Source of the DNA: a virus
Taxonomy: Duplodnaviria; Heunggongvirae; Uroviricota; Caudoviricetes
Direction: 5' to 3' (one strand)
DNA length: 64,000 bases
IMG/VR virus record: IMGVR_UViG_3300044551_000118
Part shown: positions 56,946-64,000 of the stretch, one piece after another
How positions within the stretch are numbered: position 1 is the stretch's first letter
Layout of the letters: each line of letters opens with the position of its first letter
Program-made: the position numbers and the translations under genes
The notes under the pieces: model-generated
Database searches by the model: none
What the model was told of the DNA's origin: nothing
What the model saw: only the letters and a program-made list of their open reading frames with translations

Positions 56946-57968
56946 TCAGCTCTTCTGGCTCTTGGCGCGATGCCTCTTGACGGCTGCAAGCGCAATGCCG
57001 GCTCCCGCCAGCACGACGGCCGGGGTGACGACCGCGCCGATCTCGGCGCCCGTCGTGGCGAGCTGGGCCTCCGGCTGTTTGGCTGCGACTGGCGTCGGCT
57101 TGACTGCGGAGGCCGGCGCAGTGGACGGCTTGCTCTTGTCCGTCACGGGCTTCTTCGCGGCATCAGCCGGCTTGGTCGTGCCCTTGTCCGGATTGTCGGG
57201 AGTCACGGGATTGTCGGGCTTCGTCGGGTCCACTGGAGCCGTGGTTGAACTGTCGTTCGCTCCGGTGGCGATGAGCGGGAACCCCGAATCCCAGACCGAG
57301 GCTTCGCTGCCGTCGGCGGCTCCGACCGGAGTGGCCCTGACGGCGGGCGCGATGGCCCTCTTCGATCCGGGGGCGGTGCGGATCAAATAGACGCCCTCGC
57401 TCAGCGTGAAGGCGTCGTCGGCCGACGTATCGATGATCTGGGCGGCAGGCGGCAATCCGTCGCTCTTCGAGAGCGCATCCGCGAACGCGGACATATCCGC
57501 ATCGGAGACGAGTGGGAGAAGCCCTTTGTTGAGATTGTCGAAGACAGCCTGGAGCGGATTGGACGGATCCGGCTTCGCGGTGGTTCTCATGCCGTCCGGC
57601 ATCGCCTTGTAGACGAGCGCGGGATCGAATCCGGCGACCGGCTCCATGACGGCGGTCGAAAGCGCGCACTGATGGTCGCCTTCGTCGCACGATCCCACGG
57701 TCACGTCGGTGTAGGTCGCCAGCGGGATGGCCTCGATCAGGACGTCGCCCTTGGGGAGCGGCCTCTCCGCATTCGTCGTCGGGTCTCCGAAGTTGATGGT
57801 GATGTGCGTATCCCTGCCGATGTCGAAATAGCCGCTCGGGTCGCTTGCCATGGCAGCCGGCGCGAATGACAGGCATGCCGCCAGCGCCGCGGCGGACGCC
57901 AGGATCGTTTTTCTTCTCAAGATCTCCCTTTCTACGGGATTGTCGTTGTCGTCGGAATCGCTATGCAT
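56946..57968 (-). CDS. LAxTG-anchored surface protein, paralog of the N-terminal region of the 22229..24010 pilin-like protein
   Basis: Signal peptide. Block 'EAIPLATYTD...AMPDGMRTTAKPDPSNPLQAVFD...MSAFADALSKSDGLPPAA...GVYLIRTAPG' aligns with the 22229 product. Pro/Thr/Lys-rich stalk. C-terminal LATTG + TM + KRHRAKSQKS. Confidence 0.7.
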   Translation of the reverse strand: MHSDSDDNDNPVEREILRRKTILASAAALAACLSFAPAAMASDPSGYFDIGRDTHITINFGDPTTNAERPLPKGDVLIEAIPLATYTDVTVGSCDEGDHQCALSTAVMEPVAGFDPALVYKAMPDGMRTTAKPDPSNPLQAVFDNLNKGLLPLVSDADMSAFADALSKSDGLPPAAQIIDTSADDAFTLSEGVYLIRTAPGSKRAIAPAVRATPVGAADGSEASVWDSGFPLIATGANDSSTTAPVDPTKPDNPVTPDNPDKGTTKPADAAKKPVTDKSKPSTAPASAVKPTPVAAKQPEAQLATTGAEIGAVVTPAVVLAGAGIALAAVKRHRAKSQKS

Positions 57969-58042
57969 CGGCGAAAAGCGCCAAGGACGCGGCGGCGGAT
58001 CACCCTACGGGGCGATCCGCCGCCGCGTCCTTGGCGGAGAAA

Positions 58043-59485
58043 TCAGGCCCTGCGCCGCCGCGCGGCGGCGAGCATCCAGCCTGCGGTCAGCAGCATGGCG
58101 CTCAGCACGGCGAGAGGCATTGCGTTCACGCCGGTCTGCGCGAGCTTGACGGGGGCCTGGGCCTCATGCTTCACGGGCTGCGGAGCCGGTGCTGCGGGCT
58201 TCGGCGTCAGGTCGGTCACGCTGATGTTATCCAGCGCGAAGTCGTTGCCGTTGCCGTTGTTGCTCGGCACCTTGTCGTAGTTCTGCCCGACGAGGCCGGA
58301 GGCGTTGGTCCGATCGGTCGGCCAGCCGTACTCCATCGAGAACGTCCTGCCGTCGCGCGTGAACTCATTGGGCGAGCCGTCGTTGTAGTTGTTGTCGGAC
58401 GACCACTGGAAGCCGGGACGGGTGCCATCGACGGGCTTGAAGAACATATTGCCGTCAGCATCCCAATCCTGAGTCAGCCCCGGCAGCTGTCCCGGCCCGA
58501 CCTCGGAGTTCGGGTAGTTGCCCACGCCGGTGCCGAACGAGCTGTGCGCGGATGCGTCGGTGACGTGCAGCGTGATGCCGCCCGTCACGTCGGGCACATG
58601 CACGACGGCTGTGACGCGCCCGTAATGCACCGCGTTGTTCCCATCCGTGTAGCCCTGCCATTTGGCGGATGGAGTGCCGTCGTAGTCGGCGAACAGCGCC
58701 CCCGCGTTTTTGAGATGCAGCGTCCTGAAGCCGTCCTGCGTGCAGGGGTCGATGGGGGCGCCGACCGGATGGCTCACGCCGCCCTGCGTGTAGGAGAGCT
58801 GGAGGCTCGGGTGCGTGTCCGCAGGCGCGTCGCAGTAGGTGGCTGCGGCGTCATAGGAGAATGCGATGTCGCGCCCGGAGCCGTCCGGGAACGTGATGGG
58901 CTTCGTCGTGCCGAAGACGTCCGCATCCGGCTTGCCGCCCGATGTGTTGTCCGCGAGGGCGCGGTTGGATGCGGCCTTGTCCGGGTCGCTCAGCAGTCCC
59001 AGCGCGTACGCCTTGGCCCGAACGGCGAGGAAGTCCGCGTATGGGGTCGTGGTGCTGCCGTCCCAGCCGATGTTGCGTCCGCAGTACGTATCGTCCACGG
59101 CGCGCTGCGAGGGCTGTCCGTGATCGGGATCCGAAACGATCGCTCCTTCGCCGACGTCGCCGAAGGCGTCGGGCATCCAGTTGGGGTCGGTCTGCTCGAT
59201 GGTCTGGCCGTTATCCTGCAGCGTGGTGCTGGCGTCGCCGATGATGCCGTTGCAGTATCCGGCGTTCGAATAGTAGTCGGAGGCGGACAGTCCCTTGCCG
59301 TACGCTTTGAGCGTGGTCAGACCGCCCGTGCCGAAATCCTCCGAATAGACTACCGTCCCATTATTCTGCGGGGGGGGGGTGCCGTTATCGGCCATCGCCG
59401 CCGGGGCGATAGCCAGGCATGCGGCCAGGATGGCGCCGGATGCCGCGATGGGCTTGCGTGGTTGCAAAATCATTCTCCTTTCCAT
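58043..59485 (-). CDS. LAxTG-anchored surface protein (hypothetical, Gly/Asp/Thr-rich)
   Basis: Signal peptide, a ~400-aa domain without recognised motifs, and C-terminal LAQTG + TM + RRRRA. Confidence 0.7.
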   Translation of the reverse strand: MERRMILQPRKPIAASGAILAACLAIAPAAMADNGTPPPQNNGTVVYSEDFGTGGLTTLKAYGKGLSASDYYSNAGYCNGIIGDASTTLQDNGQTIEQTDPNWMPDAFGDVGEGAIVSDPDHGQPSQRAVDDTYCGRNIGWDGSTTTPYADFLAVRAKAYALGLLSDPDKAASNRALADNTSGGKPDADVFGTTKPITFPDGSGRDIAFSYDAAATYCDAPADTHPSLQLSYTQGGVSHPVGAPIDPCTQDGFRTLHLKNAGALFADYDGTPSAKWQGYTDGNNAVHYGRVTAVVHVPDVTGGITLHVTDASAHSSFGTGVGNYPNSEVGPGQLPGLTQDWDADGNMFFKPVDGTRPGFQWSSDNNYNDGSPNEFTRDGRTFSMEYGWPTDRTNASGLVGQNYDKVPSNNGNGNDFALDNISVTDLTPKPAAPAPQPVKHEAQAPVKLAQTGVNAMPLAVLSAMLLTAGWMLAAARRRRA

Positions 59486-59601
59486 GAAGATAATTCAGAA
59501 GGACATATGCGTCCATCAGGAGAAGGAAAAGGCGGAGCGCCGCGTCGGGGATGGATGCTCGGGGCATTGCCGGGCGCTCCGCCTATCGCACTGCATGCGT
59601 C

Positions 59602-60552
59602 CTAATCAGACAAAGCCGCCGCATACGCCTCCATGAGCCTGCGCACGACAGGAGCCATGTCCGCAGGCAGCCTGTAGTCATCGTCTCGCAACGCCACGAT
59701 GCGCAACCATCCCTCGTCCAGCTCGGCCTTCGACATCGAAGCCGCCTTGGCGGCTTCTGGCGCATCGACGCCTGCGGCAAGCGCGAGCATGCCCGTCCTA
59801 TCCGCCGCATCGAGCCGCATGCGGGCCTTCGCCATATTGCTGTACGCCGCGGCGCGCTGCTCCTCCGTCCACGTCAGGCTCTCCTCCACGCCATCCGCCG
59901 CCAGCCGGGCGTTCGTCACGGCCTTGCCCAGGCACACGATGCCGCGCACGTTCAGCCAGCCGACCTGAACCCGGTGCTGGTCGCGGTAGAGCGAGCGGGC
60001 CGCCTTGCGGGCGGCATCCGCGGTATCGGGAGCCGGCTCCGCCATCCATGCCTTGAGCGCATCCGAGAACCGATCGACCTTCGGCTCTCCCGGCTGTCCG
60101 GTCATATGCCAGACGATCAGCTCGGACACGACCGCTCCGTGCGCGCGGGCGCGCCGTGGCTCGTCGAGCCATGCACGGCACTCGGGCCACCAGGCGGCGG
60201 CGTAATGCAGGTCATCCGCATCGCCGATCGAAGCCAGCATGCGGATGAGCGAAGATGCAAGCGGGTCGTCGCCCGGATGCGATTTCGGCTTGCGCGGAGC
60301 GTTCTTCGTTTCGACAGGCGCGCATTCGGGGCAGCGCACGCGCTTGGGGAACAGGTCAGTCGGCTTCTCGCCATGGAAGTTCGCGGAGAAGCGGGAGACT
60401 GCATGCCCGCATTCGAGCCTCAGCTCATAGCGCCTGTTGAGCCAGTAGTGGTAATGCTGGCCCCAGATATCCGAGTCATTACCGCGATCGTGGACGACGA
60501 TGGATGCGACCTTGCGCAGGGGCTGAATTTGTTTGCTCATAGGCGATGACAT
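59602..60552 (-). CDS. hypothetical protein (N-terminal Cys/His cluster)
   Basis: 316 aa. N-terminus has a CGH...CPEC arrangement suggestive of a zinc finger. High GC3. Confidence 0.5.
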   Translation of the reverse strand: MSSPMSKQIQPLRKVASIVVHDRGNDSDIWGQHYHYWLNRRYELRLECGHAVSRFSANFHGEKPTDLFPKRVRCPECAPVETKNAPRKPKSHPGDDPLASSLIRMLASIGDADDLHYAAAWWPECRAWLDEPRRARAHGAVVSELIVWHMTGQPGEPKVDRFSDALKAWMAEPAPDTADAARKAARSLYRDQHRVQVGWLNVRGIVCLGKAVTNARLAADGVEESLTWTEEQRAAAYSNMAKARMRLDAADRTGMLALAAGVDAPEAAKAASMSKAELDEGWLRIVALRDDDYRLPADMAPVVRRLMEAYAAALSD

Positions 60553-60650
60553 GCGTCTAGGAGGGAAAAAGGCGGGGCACCGAGCGCGATCTGGGCATTC
60601 GCAAGGCGCTTGGGCGTTCCGCCTACCATCCCATATGCGTCAGGCGCAAT

Positions 60651-61373
60651 CTAGTAGTGGATAAACGAATGCTCTGCAGCTTGTTTCGCGGAGAACGTGC
60701 GCGACATCGTCCGCCCGTCCAGCGCCGCGCCGCTCTCGGATGTCGTGATCGAGCCGTCTCTGCCGATGGATTCCACGATGGCGACGTGGCCGTACTGCGC
60801 GGAGGAGCCGTCCTGCCCGGCTGCGAACACCATGACGTCGCCCGCGTGCCGGGGAACATCGTCCACCCAGTAGCCGAGCTTCCGGGCTGAATCCGCCCAC
60901 ATGTCCCCGTTGCCCAAGTGCGAGCCGACTGGAAGGCCGAGCTGATGGCGGCGCACGTAGGCCCACCAGGTGCACTGCGAAAACTCGTAGGCATTGCCGC
61001 TGTCCCCGGTCGGATGATCGGGGTTGAAGCCGGATGGCAGCAGGCTCTCGTCCGTCCCGTTGACCCACGCCCGCACCGTCGCATTGGATGCCGGGATGGC
61101 GGACAGGCTCTTCGCGTCGATGCCACCACCGCTCTGCCAGACGCCCGTGACGGGCGTGCGCGCGCTTGAGCGCGAGACCTCGCCGCCGGCATCCGCAGGG
61201 CGGCTCAGGGCGATGCGGGAGGCGTTCTGAGAGGGTGTCGCCGGGGCGTTCGCCATCGCCAGCGAGGGTACGAGCGCCAGCAGCGAAAGCGGCGCGAGCG
61301 AGAGCCACATGGCCCGCTTGCGCTTCCGTCTGCTCTCCCGCCGCGTCGGAGCAGGCTTGTGCCGCGCGCTCAC
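60651..61373 (-). CDS. secreted CHAP-domain peptidoglycan amidase/peptidase
   Basis: Signal peptide. 'EFSQCTWWAYVRR...GHVAIVESI' gives the Cys...His CHAP arrangement. Such hydrolases commonly accompany Gram-positive conjugative transfer clusters. Confidence 0.75.
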   Translation of the reverse strand: MSARHKPAPTRRESRRKRKRAMWLSLAPLSLLALVPSLAMANAPATPSQNASRIALSRPADAGGEVSRSSARTPVTGVWQSGGGIDAKSLSAIPASNATVRAWVNGTDESLLPSGFNPDHPTGDSGNAYEFSQCTWWAYVRRHQLGLPVGSHLGNGDMWADSARKLGYWVDDVPRHAGDVMVFAAGQDGSSAQYGHVAIVESIGRDGSITTSESGAALDGRTMSRTFSAKQAAEHSFIHY

Positions 61374-61669
61374 GCGCCGAACCTCAGCCCGCTCACTGCA
61401 GCGTCCACGGCCCAGACGCTCGACATGAAGCGCTTGTGCATGAGCCGCACGCGGCGGGTCTTGGGACTGTTATGCATCACGCCGCCGAGATACGGCATGT
61501 CCGCGAACACCGCGGACTTGGTCACCTGCACCACCGGCGCGTCGATCGCGTTCACCACGTCGCGCGGCTTCGTGGCCTGCCCGGACGGAAGGTAGGTGAA
61601 GGACGCTGTGCCGCCCTGGACTGGATTGAGCTCGATGAAGCGCCCGTCCGCGTATGTTCTGATCGCCAT
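61370..61669 (-). CDS. hypothetical protein
   Basis: 99 aa. ATGA-type overlap with the CHAP gene. Confidence 0.4.
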   Translation of the reverse strand: MAIRTYADGRFIELNPVQGGTASFTYLPSGQATKPRDVVNAIDAPVVQVTKSAVFADMPYLGGVMHNSPKTRRVRLMHKRFMSSVWAVDAAVSGLRFGA

Positions 61670-61681
61670 GATGGAATCTCC

Positions 61682-62701
61682 TTAGTCGGACGAATCCGAT
61701 GAAGCGTCCGTATCCGTGGATGCGTCCAAGGGCGCGGGCGATGCCGAATCGGATGCGCCTTTCGGCTTGGCGGGCGCCGGACCCGACCAGCGGTTCGCGT
61801 AGTCCTTGATGCCCGGCCCCGTGCCCGCAGGCCCCCATGCCAGGATCTTCGGGGTGCCGTCGGGGTCGCGCAGAATCACGTCGTAGTCGAAGCGGGCGCC
61901 CTGCGAAGTGTCATCCGGGGCCTTGGCGGTGATGGTCACCGAGACGACGGCGGTATCCGAGCTGGACTTGTCGCGCGCCACCTTGCCGCGATCCAAGTAT
62001 GCGCCGTTGTTCACTGTCACGCTGTCCGCGCCGCCCAGGGACAGCGGCATGTAGGAGGCCCCCGGGTTCGGGTCCGCCACGATGGTGGTCAGCAGCGATC
62101 TGTCCGAGCCGAACAGGGCATTGCCCCAGTTGGTCAGCAGCCGGGAGGCGGCGCCCGGAGGCGCGTACTGCTTGATGGAGCTCGGCCAGGAGTGGCCCGC
62201 CCCCGCGCCGGATGCGACGGACACGGGAGCCGAGAGCGGCGTGGCGGCGGGGTTGCCGATCGGCTGCCCGCCCGGGCCGATGACCGCATCCACCGTCCAC
62301 CAGCGCCCGTCCTGGCCCTGCACGGTCATCGTGTGGCGCATGGCCGTGAACGCCTTGTTGGACGTATCTCCGGACACCTGCAGCGCCTGGGCGCCGTTCC
62401 AGCTCACGATGGATGCGGGGCCTCCCAGCGGGCTGCCGGAGCCCAGCCACGACTCGACCTGCTGGTAGGCGGACTGCTTGCCAGACGGATTGAAATCGGG
62501 TTTGATGGGCGGCTTGGGCGGGGGCATGGAGCCGATCGTCATGATCAGATAGACGAGCAGCCCCAGGATGACGTACCAGACGATCCGGTACCACCGGGTG
62601 CGGCCCGCCACCAATTTCACGAACTCCTTGTCGGGGTCCGGCTCCTTCTTGACCGCCTCGGCCCAGACGTCCGCTTCCTTCTTCTTCGCTTTGAGTGCCA
62701 T
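61682..62701 (-). CDS. hypothetical membrane-anchored protein
   Basis: N-terminal Lys-rich segment, one TM helix (IVWYVILGLLVYLIMTIGS), then a ~270-aa exported domain and a Ser/Asp-rich tail. Confidence 0.5.
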   Translation of the reverse strand: MALKAKKKEADVWAEAVKKEPDPDKEFVKLVAGRTRWYRIVWYVILGLLVYLIMTIGSMPPPKPPIKPDFNPSGKQSAYQQVESWLGSGSPLGGPASIVSWNGAQALQVSGDTSNKAFTAMRHTMTVQGQDGRWWTVDAVIGPGGQPIGNPAATPLSAPVSVASGAGAGHSWPSSIKQYAPPGAASRLLTNWGNALFGSDRSLLTTIVADPNPGASYMPLSLGGADSVTVNNGAYLDRGKVARDKSSSDTAVVSVTITAKAPDDTSQGARFDYDVILRDPDGTPKILAWGPAGTGPGIKDYANRWSGPAPAKPKGASDSASPAPLDASTDTDASSDSSD

Positions 62702-62804
62702 GTATCCACGCTATGCGTCCGCGCGGCGCATAGCGATGCCGCGAGCGCGCCGAGAGACGGCGCGGACATCCTCTCCCCCAAGAGAAGGAAGGAAGCACAT
62801 CCCC

Positions 62805-63176
62805 ATGATCACCGGAAAATCCATCGACCTGGCCTACGGCTTCGGCACCATCACCAATCAGACCAAGGGGGCGGCGGCCCTGTTCGCCTCCACTGTCGCA
62901 GGCTCCAGCTTCGGCACGGCGCTGAAGGTCATCGGCGCGCTGGTCGTCTTCGTCTCCGTCGCCGTCATCCTCATCCGCAAGTTCTGGCCCAACAGCCCGC
63001 TCGGCTCGATGGTTCAGGGCTCGAGCATCTTCGTGTGGGTCACCTGCGGCATCCTCCTGGGCGTCACGATGTTCGCGCCCGGCACCATCCTGCCGATTGT
63101 CGGCGTCATCGTCGGCATCGTGCCGGACGTCGCCGTGTGGGCGGCCTCCAAGCTGTTCCCGGGCATCGGACTGTAG
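62805..63176 (+). CDS. small polytopic membrane protein (possible conjugation-associated, VirB2/PrgI-like size class)
   Basis: RBS GAAGGAAGGAAG. 123 aa with three hydrophobic helices. Confidence 0.4.
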   Translation: MITGKSIDLAYGFGTITNQTKGAAALFASTVAGSSFGTALKVIGALVVFVSVAVILIRKFWPNSPLGSMVQGSSIFVWVTCGILLGVTMFAPGTILPIVGVIVGIVPDVAVWAASKLFPGIGL

Positions 63177-63192
63177 GGGAAGAGGGGACGCG

Positions 63193-63600
63193 ATGCTCTT
63201 CGACATCACCCGCATCAGCGGCAACAGGGTCGACCAGGTCGACGAGCTCAAGATCACGCAGCGCATCTGGTTCCGCTCCACCGATCTGCTCATCGCCCTG
63301 GCCGGGCTTCTGCTCGGCGCCCTGGCAGCCGTCCCCTTCTTCGCCCTCTTCGCCTCCACCTGGCCGCTGGTCCTGAGCCCCATCGGCATGGTGATCGCCC
63401 TGACGTTCTTCACCCGCAAGCGCTCGGTGGCCGGGGAGTTGAACCCCCGGCGCTTCGACCGCATGCGAGACCGCGCCAAGGCCCTGGACGGGCAGTTCAT
63501 CCTGCCCGGCTCCGGCGAGCCCTTCAGCCCCAACAGCTACCGCATCGTCGAGCAGTGGAGGCGCCCGATATACGGGCGCAAGCCGTACAAGCTGGAATAG
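63193..63600 (+). CDS. small membrane protein
   Basis: 135 aa from MLFDITRISG with two TM helices. Follows the previous gene by 16 nt. Confidence 0.4.
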   Translation: MLFDITRISGNRVDQVDELKITQRIWFRSTDLLIALAGLLLGALAAVPFFALFASTWPLVLSPIGMVIALTFFTRKRSVAGELNPRRFDRMRDRAKALDGQFILPGSGEPFSPNSYRIVEQWRRPIYGRKPYKLE

Positions 63601-63714
63601 AGGCGTCGCGATGCGCGAAGCGGCCCTCTGCATTCTCTCGTTCTTCTTGTGAAGGATGGGGGAGGCGGAAAGGCCGCTTCTTGCGTCTCTGGGGGTGGAT
63701 GCATACGAGAGGGC

Positions 63715-63888
63715 ATGATTAGCTTGCTTGCTCTGGGGATATCCGCCGCCGTATTCCTGACGGTCTCGATCTGCTCCTTCGTCGCTCTGCGAGACGACAT
63801 CCTGAATCTGGAGGACCTGTTCGCCGCCTCGGAGCGGAACCGCGCCGCATGGGACGCGATGTTCGAGCAGCTGCGGGGCGAGCGATGA
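63715..63888 (+). CDS. hypothetical small membrane protein
   Basis: Start chosen at MISLLALGI. One TM helix. Weak support. Confidence 0.3.
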   Translation: MISLLALGISAAVFLTVSICSFVALRDDILNLEDLFAASERNRAAWDAMFEQLRGER

Positions 63889-64000
63889 GCATAATGGCCC
63901 TCGTCCTTCTTCTGCTCTCGCTGGTCGTCGCCTCATTCGGCTACGCCCTGCACCGCATTCTCAGCCACGGAATCGATTGCCGCGGCATTGACGGGCGTTC
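63885..64000 (+). CDS. hypothetical membrane protein (5' partial, runs off the window)
   Basis: ATGA overlap with the upstream gene. MSIMALVLLLLSLVVASFGYALHRIL... Confidence 0.3.
   Translation, partial: MSIMALVLLLLSLVVASFGYALHRILSHGIDCRGIDGR

Noticed and set aside
1-64000. ATGCGTCC/GGACGCAT box as the recognition site of the island's restriction-modification enzymes
   Set aside because: An R-M target would not be confined to promoter-proximal intergenic DNA at consistent distances from start codons. That distribution argues for a transcription or regulatory element, although a methylation-sensitive operator remains possible.
1-64000. rRNA or tRNA genes (e.g. a tRNA integration target for the integrase)
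   Set aside because: I found no cloverleaf-like conserved tRNA segments or rRNA-like blocks by eye in this window. The integrase is at the very start, so any att/tRNA would lie upstream of coordinate 1.

Overview
High-GC (~65%) Gram-positive actinobacterial DNA, probably Coriobacteriia-like: it has many class-E sortase substrates with LAxTG sorting signals. The window reads as accessory or mobile DNA rather than core genome. It opens with a phage-type tyrosine integrase, two divergent DNA adenine/N4-N6 methyltransferases and an excisionase-like HTH gene. It also carries an FtsK/SpoIIIE (TraB-like) DNA translocase, a Pif1/RecD-like helicase, and VRR-NUC, MmcB-like, NERD and DUF1524-like nucleases. 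Secreted cell-wall hydrolases are present (lysozyme-like + amidase, NlpC/P60, CHAP). Five LAxTG surface proteins include two pilin-like paralogs. Two IS605-family tnpB remnants and long runs of small overlapping hypothetical genes, typical of prophage or ICE cargo, complete the picture. No rRNA, tRNA or CRISPR array was recognised.

The most unusual signals are:
1. A conserved ~25-aa N-terminal module (consensus M-[ST]-x-Q-[PA]-R-[KR]-P-x-G-x-F-D-x-D-P-N-A-G-x-x-D-L-P-x-L) fused to four unrelated C-terminal domains (Doc/Fic-like, GNAT, two unknown). Three of these sit in two-gene modules behind a small upstream ORF.
2. A ~260-bp AT-richer structured repeat family in at least six copies. It has terminal inverted repeats, internal palindromes and compensatory stem changes, and one copy pair brackets a single gene.
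3. A strongly over-represented ATGCGTCC/GGACGCAT box in front of most operons, often as inverted-repeat pairs.
4. A four-unit tandem array of ~120-150-bp repeats at 43150..43714.
5. ~90-bp covarying hairpin direct repeats flanking the Doc-like module.
6. A gene interrupted by an in-frame TGA, and a gene frameshifted at a C8 homopolymer.

Many long antisense shadow ORFs in the six-frame track were discarded.
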